Positions 40,380 to 51,333 of a stretch of 64,000 nucleotides of DNA are shown one piece after another. Source of the DNA: Patescibacteria group bacterium (GTDB taxonomy: Bacteria > Patescibacteriota > Microgenomatia > 2-02-FULL-39-11); assembly GCA_023379265.1 (NCBI GenBank), contig JAMCUI010000011.1, forward strand, positions 4,030 through 68,029, given 5' to 3'. A program made the position numbers and the translations under genes. Every line of letters begins with the position of its first letter. Positions within the stretch are counted from its first letter, which is position 1. The notes under the pieces were generated by a model. It ran no database searches. It saw only the letters and a list, made by a program, of their open reading frames with translations, and was not told where the DNA came from.

Positions 40380-41462
40380 ATGATTTCAGAATTACCAAGC
40401 GAGATAGAATCACCTACTAAACCTTTACTAGACGCACCCAATATAGAAACCGTCTTTATCGTCGGTGCTCCAACCCCGACAGCTATCGCAGAATTACCAG
40501 CTCAAACGCGGCTTGACGCACCCGGTAGAAAAACAGATTTTGTTGTGAGCGCACCCAGCCAAGCAGCTTTATCCGTAGATTTTAGAAAGGAAATTCCTCA
40601 CAAGCCTAAAGCAATCGCTAGGCCTGGAAAGATAATTCCTACCGCTGCTGTCATACTTAGCGTAGCTTTATTAGCCGATGCTTGTGCTTCTCCCCCCAAT
40701 CTCACTCCTGAGCCGACACACGTCTCTCCACCTCCTACCTCTGTACTACTCTACCAAAGAACGGAAACCCCCACCCCCTTATCCCGCCCACAGATACAAA
40801 TTGACCCGGACCTCTTTCCCGTGCTTTACAAAAAACTTAGCGGCGATCCTGATTTTAAGCCGGAAAACTTCCTAAGAGAAGCAGAAGATTATTATCTGGC
40901 ACAAAAATTAAATAAGCCCGTCAGTGCACTAAGAAGACAAATTGGAAATGAAGGCGCAAGTAAAACTTTATTTAAGGTTTGGGGTCCGCCAAGCGTTGAC
41001 GGCGAGGCTTATATGATTGTGCTGCCTGATGGTAGACATGCGCTCTATGTCGATCCGCCGGGCGTAGTAGTCGCTTTACCTCACGGGGCGCACCTCGACA
41101 ATGAAGACTTAAAGCAGGTCTCAATTGACATGGGTGACAAAAATAATATGTACCAACCAATGTACGTAATGGATCCCAAAACGCCCGTAAGCGGGTTGGG
41201 ATTTGTAATCACCAGGTCGATAAACGGCAGCGAATATGATATTGCGGCCAAAAATTTCCCCACAGAGCATCTTGATCAATTGATGGAACTTATAAAAGAA
41301 TGTTCACAAAATTCAATTTGCCAATTTGATATGACTGAGTATGTGGACGCTGCCTCAAAAAAAATAGTTTCGATTATACAACAGACTGACTATTTGGGCA
41401 GGACTCAATCCTTTCAACTCACGGACAATGGTATTATCATTCCTATTACTGTACAGAAGTAA
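40380..41462 (+). CDS. Hypothetical protein with internal lipobox-like helix and Pro-rich linker
   Basis: 360-aa ORF; AAVILSVALLADAC followed by P/T-rich segment. Confidence 0.55.
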   Translation: MISELPSEIESPTKPLLDAPNIETVFIVGAPTPTAIAELPAQTRLDAPGRKTDFVVSAPSQAALSVDFRKEIPHKPKAIARPGKIIPTAAVILSVALLADACASPPNLTPEPTHVSPPPTSVLLYQRTETPTPLSRPQIQIDPDLFPVLYKKLSGDPDFKPENFLREAEDYYLAQKLNKPVSALRRQIGNEGASKTLFKVWGPPSVDGEAYMIVLPDGRHALYVDPPGVVVALPHGAHLDNEDLKQVSIDMGDKNNMYQPMYVMDPKTPVSGLGFVITRSINGSEYDIAAKNFPTEHLDQLMELIKECSQNSICQFDMTEYVDAASKKIVSIIQQTDYLGRTQSFQLTDNGIIIPITVQK

Positions 41463-41522
41463 CATGTCAACCAGCAGGTGTTTTACAAAAGCCAGAAAAA
41501 CTATAGTAAAATAGATTACAGA

Positions 41523-42101
41523 ATGAAAAAAACTTTGCCCATTCTTCTTGCCACTTGCTCTCTTGCTTTTCTTCTTCTTTTATCTTTTGCCAACCAGAAA
41601 AGAAGCGATTCGGCAAAAAGTCCAGATGTCCTTTCCGCCAGAACCACCATAATCTCTTATCCTACTGGTAAGACCTTTGTCTATACTTCTCCTTCTCTTT
41701 CTACCGGCTGCCAAACCAAAGGCGGGTTGCCAGACACTAGATGCACGCCGGGCGCTATCATCACGCAAACCACGAAGGATGAAATATGCCAAGCAGGATA
41801 TGCCAAATCGGTCCGCAACGTATCCGAAAGCGAGAAAAAACAGGCCTATGCCGAATACGGAATATTTTCTCATGCCACCGGTGAATATGAGGTCGACCAT
41901 CTGGTAAGTCTGGAATTGGGCGGATCAAACGACATTGCCAACCTCTGGCCCGAAGCAGCGGCTCCCACACCAGGCTTCCATGAGAAGGATAAAGTCGAGA
42001 ATTATCTGCACAAGATGGTCTGTAATGGATCAATTACTTTAGTTCAGGCTCAACAAGAAATTGCCACGGACTGGCTGCAGGTTTACCAACAGATGAAATA
42101 A
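41523..42101 (+). CDS. Secreted HNH-like protein
   Basis: Signal peptide; [23 protein letters not shown]...KDKVENYLH. Confidence 0.7.
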   Translation: MKKTLPILLATCSLAFLLLLSFANQKRSDSAKSPDVLSARTTIISYPTGKTFVYTSPSLSTGCQTKGGLPDTRCTPGAIITQTTKDEICQAGYAKSVRNVSESEKKQAYAEYGIFSHATGEYEVDHLVSLELGGSNDIANLWPEAAAPTPGFHEKDKVENYLHKMVCNGSITLVQAQQEIATDWLQVYQQMK

Positions 42102-42102
42102 G

Positions 42103-42252
42103 ATGGCGCAAAAAGCAGATAATAGAGAAAACGCCACATTGGCCGGAGGCTGTTTCTGGTGCACTGAGGCTATTTTCAAAAGATTAAAAGGCGTCATCTC
42201 AGTCACCTCAGGATACACAGGAGGCACAAAATTATATCTGAATCATCCTTAA
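42103..42252 (+). pseudogene. msrA: 5' fragment of peptide-methionine sulfoxide reductase
   Basis: [31 protein letters not shown], then similarity is lost where it meets the convergent gene; 49 aa only. Confidence 0.85.
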
Positions 42253-44652
42253 TTTTGGGGAGCCGAAATTGGTAAAAATAAGCAGAATTTCTGTCAATTT
42301 GCCTTTTCTTAACCTTATATCCACCAAATTTTCATTAATATCCATGTCATCCATCAGGCTAACACTTAAGTTTGTCCGCATCGTTTCGCTTGGAATAATT
42401 TTTAATCTGTGCACACCAACAAGAGGATCATATAATACCAAAAGGCTTTCGTCACTTTTATAAACCCTTTTCTTTGGATCTAACACTTCCATCTTTGCAC
42501 TTTTATCCAAACTGACTGACATGACAATTTTACTTGTCTCTTCCGGTAAACTTATCATGCCGGCTGGACGCACTCCAGGTATTCCCAAATAATTCAAAAT
42601 CTTTTGGATTCCTTCTGTTGAAGAAATTACATCAGAGTGGCTTCCATTTATCTCACTATTATTAGCTCCTTCCACAACACTACTCATGTTTAATACTGTC
42701 CCGTCGCCTTCTCTTGTATATTCTTTCATTTGTGGGTATCCATCCAGCCAGTCACCATTCTTTCTATCTTTGTTAGAAGTATCTTTTATATCCAAATATT
42801 GAAGAGTTCTATTTCCGGTACCTGATAGATTAAACACACCAACGTGATATAAATCTGGATCAAGTTTATGGCTCATAAGCCAATCATTTTTATACACTTG
42901 ACTCTCATATCTTAGTAGATTACCATTTCTCTTCAAATAGTCAAAAACTGGCAAAATATCCTGTACAGAAGGTACCAATTCCTGAACTACATCTTTTTTA
43001 GTTTTCTTTAGAAACTTAAAATTGTTGTTTTTCACTGAATTATTATTTGTAATAAATCGGCAGTGTTGTATGATGGCATTTGTGCCTACTTTCAATAATT
43101 TATCATCAGTCCATAGCTCTCCAGCCTCCCAGATGGGATATGCTAAAATAGTTCCCTGATGAGGCGTACCCGCAGTCAAAATACTTTCAGCTTTATGAGT
43201 ATCATGATATAAATCCAGATAACTTCTTATCACTAAACCTCCTAGACTATGTCCAATTAGTCGCACTTTAGTATGAGCAGGTTTATCTTTTAAGATATTA
43301 TCTATAAAATCCTTCAAATGCTGTCCCTGCCAATCCAGTGTTTGACGCCAGTCATATGTATAAATATAGACTTCATTATTCATCTTCAAGCGGGCGTTTT
43401 TTGTGAGTGTATTTATCAGACGCGTATAAACATTCACGTAAGGTGCCATCGTCCAACCGGAAGAAGTATTCAAAGAACAAGTAAAAATTGCTTGGGGATT
43501 CCAAGTAGAACCCATCCCAGGAACAATAATAATGGGAGAAAATTGTGCCTTTACAACTGTAGGAGTGGGAGTTGGAGTACTAGAAGGTGTAGGTGTAGGA
43601 CTGGAAGTTGGGGTTGGAGTTTCCGTTGGAGTTGGTGCAGGAGTATAAGTGGGGGTTGGATCAACCGTGATAAACGGAGTAGGAAGTGCTTCAGTTGTAG
43701 CCAACCCAATCTGCCATTTTCCATTTTGTCCAATTCCTGTGTAATACATAAAATATTGATTATCTGACTTTATTACAAAAGGATTCATAACTCTTAAAGA
43801 GTCAAACGACGTAGAATCATTACTAGCAGTTAAAACTGGGGTGGGTGACTTTACCCAATTTGTACCATTGTTAGACTCTGCATACCAAATCCCAAGGTCT
43901 GTATGATACCATAACCTATATATTCCACTATCAAAAATTACATTAGGACTATTTGCGTTAAGTCCATCTAAGTTTTCATCACCTTCTAATATTGGCTTAC
44001 TCTCTCTTATCCAGTTAATTCCGCTACTTGACGTTGCATATCCTAGTCTCCATAATTCGCTACCATTATATAAACCATTTGCACCATACCATAATTTATA
44101 TAAACCATCTGAATAACTTACAAAAGGAAATGATATCCCTTTAGGCATTTCCCATTCGTATAAAGGATTAAATACCCCCAAAACTCTACTTCCCCAATTT
44201 TCTCCATCTGGAGATTTAGAAAAGTTGATATGAATATTGTTGATGGTTGAATTTGAACCATCAAACCACATTAAATATTCTCCGTCCTTATATATTACTC
44301 GCGGATCATGAATATTATAGTTATTGTTATAATCTATTTGATCAATTACGAAAGAACTCGATTTATTCCAGTTAATCCCATCAGCAGATTCTGCATACCC
44401 GATTCTCCAAAGAAATCGATTATTTCCTGCATACCACATTTTATAATTATCTTTATTTCTAATAACGGAAGGTGAACCTACAAAGTAATTATCCCATTCA
44501 TTTTCGGATCCAACGGAAATAATTGGTTGTGACGAATATTTATTCCAATCTGCGTATGTTTTATTTCCAACTGAAACAAACATTAATATAAATTGTGAAA
44601 TTATTACAAATACTAATTTTGGAAGATGCATATATCGACTTATTTTTTTCAT
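42232..44652 (-). CDS. Secreted fusion: beta-propeller glycosidase-like domain, PT linker, alpha/beta hydrolase
   Basis: Repeated MWY.G...IGYA.S.DG..W blades; (PT)n; VPGMG, GHSLGG, GTPHQG, GDGTV, His. Confidence 0.75.
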   Translation of the reverse strand: MKKISRYMHLPKLVFVIISQFILMFVSVGNKTYADWNKYSSQPIISVGSENEWDNYFVGSPSVIRNKDNYKMWYAGNNRFLWRIGYAESADGINWNKSSSFVIDQIDYNNNYNIHDPRVIYKDGEYLMWFDGSNSTINNIHINFSKSPDGENWGSRVLGVFNPLYEWEMPKGISFPFVSYSDGLYKLWYGANGLYNGSELWRLGYATSSSGINWIRESKPILEGDENLDGLNANSPNVIFDSGIYRLWYHTDLGIWYAESNNGTNWVKSPTPVLTASNDSTSFDSLRVMNPFVIKSDNQYFMYYTGIGQNGKWQIGLATTEALPTPFITVDPTPTYTPAPTPTETPTPTSSPTPTPSSTPTPTPTVVKAQFSPIIIVPGMGSTWNPQAIFTCSLNTSSGWTMAPYVNVYTRLINTLTKNARLKMNNEVYIYTYDWRQTLDWQGQHLKDFIDNILKDKPAHTKVRLIGHSLGGLVIRSYLDLYHDTHKAESILTAGTPHQGTILAYPIWEAGELWTDDKLLKVGTNAIIQHCRFITNNNSVKNNNFKFLKKTKKDVVQELVPSVQDILPVFDYLKRNGNLLRYESQVYKNDWLMSHKLDPDLYHVGVFNLSGTGNRTLQYLDIKDTSNKDRKNGDWLDGYPQMKEYTREGDGTVLNMSSVVEGANNSEINGSHSDVISSTEGIQKILNYLGIPGVRPAGMISLPEETSKIVMSVSLDKSAKMEVLDPKKRVYKSDESLLVLYDPLVGVHRLKIIPSETMRTNLSVSLMDDMDINENLVDIRLRKGKLTEILLIFTNFGSPKLRMIQI

Positions 44653-44716
44653 TTTGAGTGAAAAGACTACTAGTGATAAACTATCCTCTAATAAAATAAA
44701 ATTAATCTATCATCTT

Positions 44717-45487
44717 ATGAAAAAAATGTCAGTAATTATTCATACATTAAACGAATCAAAAAACATTGAGAACTGCATAAGGTCAGTTAATTGGGCTGAT
44801 GAAATAATAGTAGTAGATATGGAATCAAAAGATAAAACAGTTAAGATTTGTAAAAAATATACGTCGAAAGTTTATTTGATTAAAAAACTAGATTATGTTG
44901 AACTTGCAAGAAATTTTGCGATCTCAAAAGCAAAATACGATTGGATATTAGTACTTGATGCTGATGAAACTTTGCCCAACCACTCAGAAGTAATAATTCG
45001 AAAATTATTACAAAATAAAAAAATATATGGTTATCAATTTCCAAGAAAAAATTATGTAAATTCTAAAGAGTATTTACTCCACGGATATTTCTACCCCGAC
45101 TATCAACTTAGATTATTCCGGAATAATAAAAAAATTAAATATTCGGGAAAAATTCATGAACAACCACTTATTGAATCAAGCCATTTAAAAATCTGCAACG
45201 ATGTAATTATTTTTCATAATCCTTCTCATAGTAAATATAATTCTTTTTCTTCTTTTTCCCGTTTCTTCCCATATATAAAAATTGAAGGTAAAACTGAATC
45301 TAATAATTATTCTTTACTATGGCTACTTATTAAAGCTAAAATAGATTTTTTTAGGCACTTTTATAGATCATTTATTAAATTAAGTGGATATAAAGATGGA
45401 TATATTGGCTTTCGTGCAGCAATTCTTTTTGCATTATACAAAAGTTCTATATACGTATACGGAGCATATCTTAAGATAAAACGCTAA
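44717..45487 (+). CDS. GT2 glycosyltransferase
   Basis: SVIIHTLNE, VVDMESKD, LDADE, RLF, IHE. Confidence 0.9.
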   Translation: MKKMSVIIHTLNESKNIENCIRSVNWADEIIVVDMESKDKTVKICKKYTSKVYLIKKLDYVELARNFAISKAKYDWILVLDADETLPNHSEVIIRKLLQNKKIYGYQFPRKNYVNSKEYLLHGYFYPDYQLRLFRNNKKIKYSGKIHEQPLIESSHLKICNDVIIFHNPSHSKYNSFSSFSRFFPYIKIEGKTESNNYSLLWLLIKAKIDFFRHFYRSFIKLSGYKDGYIGFRAAILFALYKSSIYVYGAYLKIKR

Positions 45488-45489
45488 AT

Positions 45490-46152
45490 ATGAAATTAAA
45501 ATACAATCATTTTAATATTGTTCCTTTTGAAACTCACATGCTTGTGTACGACAAAATAAAAACTGGTAGTAAAGTGTTAGACGCTGGTTGCGCTTCTGGA
45601 TATTTTGCGAGGGAGCTTAAAAAGAAAAATTGTAAAGTTTGGGGTATAGATAGCGACAAAAATGCCATAAGACAAGCTAAAAGATATTGTGTTGATACGT
45701 TCGCTGCAGACGTTGAAACGTTATCTTCAATCCCCTTCAGACAAAAATATGACTATATCTTACTTCTTGATGTTATTGAACACTTAAAAAATCCAAACCA
45801 TATCTTACAAACTGCTAAAAAATATTTAAATACAAAAGGAGAAATTATTATCTCTACACCCAATATAGCTTTTCTATCATCCAGATTGTCTCATTTTGCC
45901 GGAAAATTCGAATATAGAGACACTGGGATTATGGATAATAATCACATACATTTCTACACAAAAAAAAGTCTCATTGATCTAATAAAAAGAAACGGTCTGA
46001 AATTAAAGACTTTTGATACGGCTAGCGGCTTTTCTCAAATTAGTTGGTTTGGGCATTACCTTAATCATATTCCCAAAATATGGCAGTATAAAATTACAAG
46101 GCTGTTTGATACACTCTTGGCATATCAGTTTATCGCTTTTTGCAACTCATGA
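45490..46152 (+). CDS. Class I SAM-dependent methyltransferase
   Basis: VLDAGCASG, DVIEHL, STPN. Confidence 0.88.
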   Translation: MKLKYNHFNIVPFETHMLVYDKIKTGSKVLDAGCASGYFARELKKKNCKVWGIDSDKNAIRQAKRYCVDTFAADVETLSSIPFRQKYDYILLLDVIEHLKNPNHILQTAKKYLNTKGEIIISTPNIAFLSSRLSHFAGKFEYRDTGIMDNNHIHFYTKKSLIDLIKRNGLKLKTFDTASGFSQISWFGHYLNHIPKIWQYKITRLFDTLLAYQFIAFCNS

Positions 46153-47285
46153 AACTTGCTATTGTCCATAATCTTCCAGCCGGAGGCCAAAAAAGGGCCC
46201 TTTATGAGCAGGTCAAAAGGCTTTCTACCCGCCGTCACTTACTGGATTTATTTACTCTATCCTCTACAGACGAATCATTTCTGTCTTTATCTCCTTTTGT
46301 CAGAAAACATATAAAGACACCTTACAACCCGCCTCCCCACTTCCCTATGAGCGTCCTTTCAGTTTATACCAGGCTTCCACAAGCTTACCGAATTCTGGCT
46401 GAAAGCATAAATGACGGAAAGTATGACGCTGTCTACGTTAACCCCTGTTATCTCACCCAGGCTCCGTATATACTACGCTTCTTGAAAACCCCTTCCCTCT
46501 ACTACTGTCCTGAGCCAAAAAGGGAATTTTATGAAAAAATCCCCCGCATATCCAATCTGCTGACTTACTATGCCACCTACCCTTTCCGACTACCTATAAA
46601 GGATATTGATATCAGAAATACCAAGTCGGCCACACGAATAATTACCAACTCCTATTATTCCAAAGCAAAAATCGACAAAATTTATCAGGTAAAATCCTAT
46701 ATCAATTACTTGGGAGTTGATAACAATCTGTTTCATCCTGCTCCTGTCAAGAAAGAAAAAACCGTATTGACTGTAGGTGATTTTTCCCTTCATAAGGGAC
46801 ATGATTTTCTCATAAGAAGTCTCTCTCTCATTCCTTCCGAGAAAAGGCCCAAGCTTGTAATTATAGGCCATAGCGGTGTGGAGAAAAAATACCTTCTTAA
46901 ACTTGCCGCACAATTTGGAGTAAATGTCGAAATATATGGCAATATTTCAGATTCCGAACTAGTCAGCTGGTACAATCGTGCCAGGCTCTTTGTCTATGCT
47001 CCACACCATGAACCATTTGGTATGGCACTTCTGGAGGCAGCAGCGTGCAACTTGCCGGTAGTAGCGGTTGACGAAGGCGGTATAAGTGAGGCACTGCAAA
47101 ATTACCCCCATGCCGTACTTACTGATAGAGACGAAAATCGCTTCGGTCAGGAAATAAAATTCGCGATTGAGACTTCATATCTGCAAAGTAGCATAGAAGC
47201 CAAAAATGGCCAATTTCTCTCTGGTTGGAGCTGGGATAATTCTGTTAATATACTAGAGAAGCATCTGAAAGAAATATGCGCCTGA
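46149..47285 (+). CDS. GT4 glycosyltransferase
   Basis: HKGHD, EPFGMALLEAAA.NLPVVA. Confidence 0.9.
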   Translation: MKLAIVHNLPAGGQKRALYEQVKRLSTRRHLLDLFTLSSTDESFLSLSPFVRKHIKTPYNPPPHFPMSVLSVYTRLPQAYRILAESINDGKYDAVYVNPCYLTQAPYILRFLKTPSLYYCPEPKREFYEKIPRISNLLTYYATYPFRLPIKDIDIRNTKSATRIITNSYYSKAKIDKIYQVKSYINYLGVDNNLFHPAPVKKEKTVLTVGDFSLHKGHDFLIRSLSLIPSEKRPKLVIIGHSGVEKKYLLKLAAQFGVNVEIYGNISDSELVSWYNRARLFVYAPHHEPFGMALLEAAACNLPVVAVDEGGISEALQNYPHAVLTDRDENRFGQEIKFAIETSYLQSSIEAKNGQFLSGWSWDNSVNILEKHLKEICA

Positions 47286-48109
47286 AAATTGCCGTCGTCA
47301 TACTCCATTTCCGCAATATTTCACTTACAAGTCAGTGTCTACAGTCCGTAGGATTAATGAAAACCGGTAATTTTGATTTCTATATTATTCTGGTCAACAA
47401 CTCTCCTGAGCAAAACTTCAATAAAAATGACGTCGGGAAATATCTCAAACCCGGCAAAAATAATATTCCTGTTTATGTCATAAAAAATACCAAAAACATG
47501 GGTTTTGCCGCCGGTATAAATGTAGGCATTAAAAAAGCATTGTCAGACAAAAATACCACACATTTTCTCCTCTTGAACAACGACACAGTTGCTCCAAAAG
47601 AGATGCTTACCATGATGATAAAAGAGAATTCTGATATTGTCTCTCCTGTAATTAGATTCAAATCTTTGGAAAATAGATTTGTTTTTGATTTTGGAGGTAT
47701 GGTTAACCGATGGACTGGACGCACTACTCATATTGAGTCAGATAAAATGGAAGAAAATAAAACGGCTGGCGATATAGATTATGTCAGCGGGTGTTGCATG
47801 CTAATTAAAAGGGGTGTCTTTGAGGAAATTGGGTATTTCGACGAGAACTATTTTTTTTATTATGAGGATACGGATTTTTGCACCAGAGCAAAAAAAGCAG
47901 GTTTTTCCATAAAAGTCTGCCACCATACATACATCGATCATAAACTTGCAGGAAGCATAGGCAGATGGTCCAGCCGGGCAATCTATTATAATTTGACAGG
48001 TAATGCTAAATTCATATCGAAACACTTGGGTCTGAGAAAACCAATCGGGTTTACATATCTTTTTTTACTATCGCTTAAAATTCTTATCAATCGCCTGGCA
48101 GGAAAATGA
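47276..48109 (+). CDS. GT2 glycosyltransferase (rhamnosyltransferase-like)
   Basis: NMGFAAGIN, LLNND, SGCCML, FDENYFFYYEDTDFC. Confidence 0.9.
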   Translation: MRLKIAVVILHFRNISLTSQCLQSVGLMKTGNFDFYIILVNNSPEQNFNKNDVGKYLKPGKNNIPVYVIKNTKNMGFAAGINVGIKKALSDKNTTHFLLLNNDTVAPKEMLTMMIKENSDIVSPVIRFKSLENRFVFDFGGMVNRWTGRTTHIESDKMEENKTAGDIDYVSGCCMLIKRGVFEEIGYFDENYFFYYEDTDFCTRAKKAGFSIKVCHHTYIDHKLAGSIGRWSSRAIYYNLTGNAKFISKHLGLRKPIGFTYLFLLSLKILINRLAGK

Positions 48110-48885
48110 AAGACAATAATCTCATATCTGCGGTAATCTTGACCAAAAACGACGAGCGCACAATTAAAAGATGTCTTGAGTCTCTTTCATGGTGTCATGA
48201 AATTATAGTAGTTGATGATTATTCTTCGGACAATACTTTGAGTCTAGTACGAGACTTCAACAAAGATATCAGGATATACAAGCGTCATATTGGTGGTGAT
48301 TTTTCTTCTCAACGAAATTATGCATTGGAAAAAATCAATACTAAATGGGTGCTCTTTGTTGACAGCGATGAGGAAATACCTGATGAACTTGCGAAAGAAA
48401 TTACTCAAAACCTAAAAAACCCGATAAATAGTGGAATCCAGGGATATTATATTATGCGTAAGGACACTTTTGCCGGAAAGCTTCTCGAACATGGGGAAAC
48501 CGGCAACATCAGCTTTATTCGTCTTGCAAAAAAGGATGCCGGAAAATGGTACGGAAAGGTGCATGAAGTATGGAATATACCTGGTAAAAAGATAACCTTA
48601 AAACATAATATTTACCATTTCCCCCATCCTTCCATCTCATTATTTCTTGATGAAATTAACCGCTATACCGATATAGAGGCATACGCGCGTTTTAAGGAAG
48701 GCAGGAGGGATGGATTTAAGGAAATCTTATTTTTCCCACTAGGTAAATTCCTTTGGAACTATTTGATAAAACTTGGTTTTCTGGATGGAGTACCCGGACT
48801 GCTCGTAGCTGTTATGATGAGTTTCCATTCTTTTCTGGTCAGGGCTAAACTTTTTCGTTTGGTCCAAAATAAAAATGAAAGATAA
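48106..48885 (+). CDS. GT2 glycosyltransferase
   Basis: VILTKND, VDDYSSD, FVDSDE, VHE, GFLDG. Confidence 0.9.
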   Translation: MKDNNLISAVILTKNDERTIKRCLESLSWCHEIIVVDDYSSDNTLSLVRDFNKDIRIYKRHIGGDFSSQRNYALEKINTKWVLFVDSDEEIPDELAKEITQNLKNPINSGIQGYYIMRKDTFAGKLLEHGETGNISFIRLAKKDAGKWYGKVHEVWNIPGKKITLKHNIYHFPHPSISLFLDEINRYTDIEAYARFKEGRRDGFKEILFFPLGKFLWNYLIKLGFLDGVPGLLVAVMMSFHSFLVRAKLFRLVQNKNER

Positions 48886-50101
48886 ACTTTTAAAATACTT
48901 CCTCTATTTTGCCATATTTTCCATCATTTCCGGATCGGCGTTTAGTATTCCTTTAGGCGGTAACGGTTCTGACATAGGAGTAAATATATATACTATGGAC
49001 ATATCCGCCATCCTCTTAACCATATTTTGGCTCTTTAATATACGTGACTTTTATAACCTAATCAAAAGAGATAATGTCGCAAAATCATTTCTGCTCTTTA
49101 TCTTTATAACTTTCCTGTCTTTGGTATTTACTCCGGCATTAATCACTTTACCCCATAAAATTCTGTCATCTCTTTACATAATAAGAATATTTTCCTACTT
49201 CTCAATTTATATTTCAGTCCGACACCTCTTAGCTAAAAATAAAATCAGCACATCAAGATTCATATATCTTCTAACCGTTTCCGGAATAACCCTTGCAATA
49301 GCAGGTTGGCTGCAATATTTTTTATATCCGGATTTGCGCAATCTCTACTATCTTGGATGGGACCCGCACTACAAAAGGATTTTTAGCACTATACTCGACC
49401 CAAACTATCTTGGCCTTATCCTAGTTTTGACATTTGTGGCTTTATTCTCTAGTCTTCCACGCCCTTTATGGAAAAAAGATACAAAAATAAAAATATTCTC
49501 TTTAATTCCTTCCATTTTTATCTTTTTCACAATAATGTTCACTTACTCCCGTAGTGCTTTTTCCTCTTTCCTTACAGCCGCGGCATACTATTCTCTGGCA
49601 CAAAAAAAATACATAATCATCGGAGGATGCGTAATTATTCTTTTTCTTGCTGCTTTTTTATTGCCAAAACCTGGCGGCGAAGGTGTAAACCTGAAAAGAC
49701 TTTATTCTATACAAGAAAGACTAATCAATTGGCAGGAGGGTCTGGGGATATTTCTGAAATATCCTTTATTGGGAATCGGTTTTGACACCTTAAGATATAC
49801 AAATCCCAACGTAAAAAATACGCAACTAAACAACACTATTATCAGTCAAAACGTTCCCAACCACTCAGCAGGAGGTCTGGATAATAGCCTAATCTTTGTC
49901 GCCGCAACCACTGGAATATTGGGATTAACTGCGTATCTGCTATTCCTTATTATGGCATTCAATAAATCAATATTAGTTTCTCGTATTTCGCTTCTGGCTA
50001 TTTTCGTACATAGTCTTTTCTTAAACTCTCTCTTCTTTCCGCCTGTTTTAATTTGGCTGTGGGTAATTCTTGGATTAAGTAAAGGGAAAGGTGATTTTTA
50101 A
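48875..50101 (+). CDS. O-antigen ligase/polymerase-like membrane protein
   Basis: Many TM helices; DPNYLG, TYSRS, R..NW, PLLGIG, TGILG. Confidence 0.8.
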   Translation: MKDKLLKYFLYFAIFSIISGSAFSIPLGGNGSDIGVNIYTMDISAILLTIFWLFNIRDFYNLIKRDNVAKSFLLFIFITFLSLVFTPALITLPHKILSSLYIIRIFSYFSIYISVRHLLAKNKISTSRFIYLLTVSGITLAIAGWLQYFLYPDLRNLYYLGWDPHYKRIFSTILDPNYLGLILVLTFVALFSSLPRPLWKKDTKIKIFSLIPSIFIFFTIMFTYSRSAFSSFLTAAAYYSLAQKKYIIIGGCVIILFLAAFLLPKPGGEGVNLKRLYSIQERLINWQEGLGIFLKYPLLGIGFDTLRYTNPNVKNTQLNNTIISQNVPNHSAGGLDNSLIFVAATTGILGLTAYLLFLIMAFNKSILVSRISLLAIFVHSLFLNSLFFPPVLIWLWVILGLSKGKGDF

Positions 50102-50808
50102 GGATTATAATTGACTGTTCTATCCACTTCAGTCTTATTTCCCGCATCATCAGTGGCAACAATCTTATACCTGTTTTCACCTGAAGAAAGTACTACATGA
50201 TAGGAAAACTTCCCGTCTGTATCCACTATCACCACATGATCATTTACGACTAGATGATTATTGGGATCCGTCTGCCCGATAATATCAATTTCTTTAGTGT
50301 CTGAAGAGAATTTTTGTCCGTCATCAGGAGAAGATATATCAAGTTTTGGTGGCTGGTTAACAAAAGAAACGCTTATTGATGCTGAAGGACTGCTTTCCTT
50401 TTCATTTTTCACCACCGTAGCATAAATACTATTATCCCCTTGGGACAATTTCAGACGAGGTACAGAAAATTGACCTTTATTGTCGGTTAAAGTGGTCAAC
50501 TGTTCATTTCCATTGACATAGATTTTTACTGTTGCCTCCTTATCAGCAAAACCTGAAATATTGGTATAAGCGGTATTGGTAGCCTCAACTGCCGGATTTA
50601 AGGAAGGAGGAGAAATATAGTTTTCCGTCACCGCGACGCCAACAGGGCTTTTCTTAAAAGTGGAAAAAGTCAGTATAACTTTTACCAGGATTGGCAACCC
50701 TGCATAAAAAAATGCTATTACTACCGCTATAAATCCCAGTATGGTTAGTATTAGTCTTCTTTTAAGCTTTGTTTCCTCCGCCCTAATCCTGTGAGAAGAT
50801 AAAATCAT
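50098..50808 (-). CDS. Membrane-anchored protein with two Ig-like domains
   Basis: TM helix then ISG.A...VNG...G.F...L..G.N repeats; ATDDAGN. Confidence 0.75.
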   Translation of the reverse strand: MILSSHRIRAEETKLKRRLILTILGFIAVVIAFFYAGLPILVKVILTFSTFKKSPVGVAVTENYISPPSLNPAVEATNTAYTNISGFADKEATVKIYVNGNEQLTTLTDNKGQFSVPRLKLSQGDNSIYATVVKNEKESSPSASISVSFVNQPPKLDISSPDDGQKFSSDTKEIDIIGQTDPNNHLVVNDHVVIVDTDGKFSYHVVLSSGENRYKIVATDDAGNKTEVDRTVNYNP

Positions 50809-50863
50809 AAAGCCTTATGTCGGAATAAAACCGGCAATCCTTAAAACTAAATAATACCACTTA

Positions 50864-50985
50864 TATTTGAGCCGACAGTCGGGATCGAACCGATAAACTC
50901 CATATTGCTTATTTGAGCCGACAGTCGGGATCGAACCGATAAACTCCATATTGCTTATTTGAGCCGACAGTCGGGATCGAACCGA
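50864..50985. repeat. 46-bp tandem repeat (about 2.6 copies) duplicating the tRNA-Thr 3' end
   Basis: Unit tatttgagccgacagtcgggatcgaaccgataaactccatattgct at 50864 and 50910; partial third copy at 50956. Confidence 0.92.
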
Positions 50986-51034
50986 CGACCTACGCTTTAC
51001 GAAAGCGCCGCTCTACCAACTGAGCTATGTCGGC
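50962..51034 (-). tRNA. tRNA-Thr(CGT)
   Basis: GCCGACA/TGTCGGC acceptor, GCGCT-TTCGTAA-AGCGT anticodon arm, GGTTCGATCCC. Confidence 0.95.
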
Positions 51035-51246
51035 AGCCTAAACAATTCTCTTTCTCCGGTAAAACTACTCTAATACCAGATGTATTATAGCCGAGCTATG
51101 TCGGCAGCCTAAACAATTCTCTTTCTCCGGTAAAACTACTCTAATACCAGATGTATTATAGCCGAGCTATGTCGGCAGCCTAAACAATTCTCTTTCTCCG
51201 GTAAAACTACTCTAATACCAGATGTATTATAGCCGAGCTATGTCGG
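51022..51246. repeat. 71-bp tandem repeat (about 3.2 copies) duplicating the tRNA-Thr 5' end and leader
   Basis: Identical units starting 51022, 51093, 51164, partial at 51235. Confidence 0.93.
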
Positions 51247-51333
51247 TATATTCTGAAATATATAGTTGTAAATCAGAATTATTGAAGTATATAAGTGTAT
51301 TTTATCAGATTAAAAAGGTATGAAAAAGAGCAG

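Noticed and set aside
43555-43690. GGAGTT/GGTGTA-type repeats as a DNA element
   Set aside because: Explained by the Pro-Thr linker codons.
50864-51246. CRISPR array
   Set aside because: The intervening sequences are identical rather than unique spacers, the repeats are tRNA pieces, and no cas genes are present.
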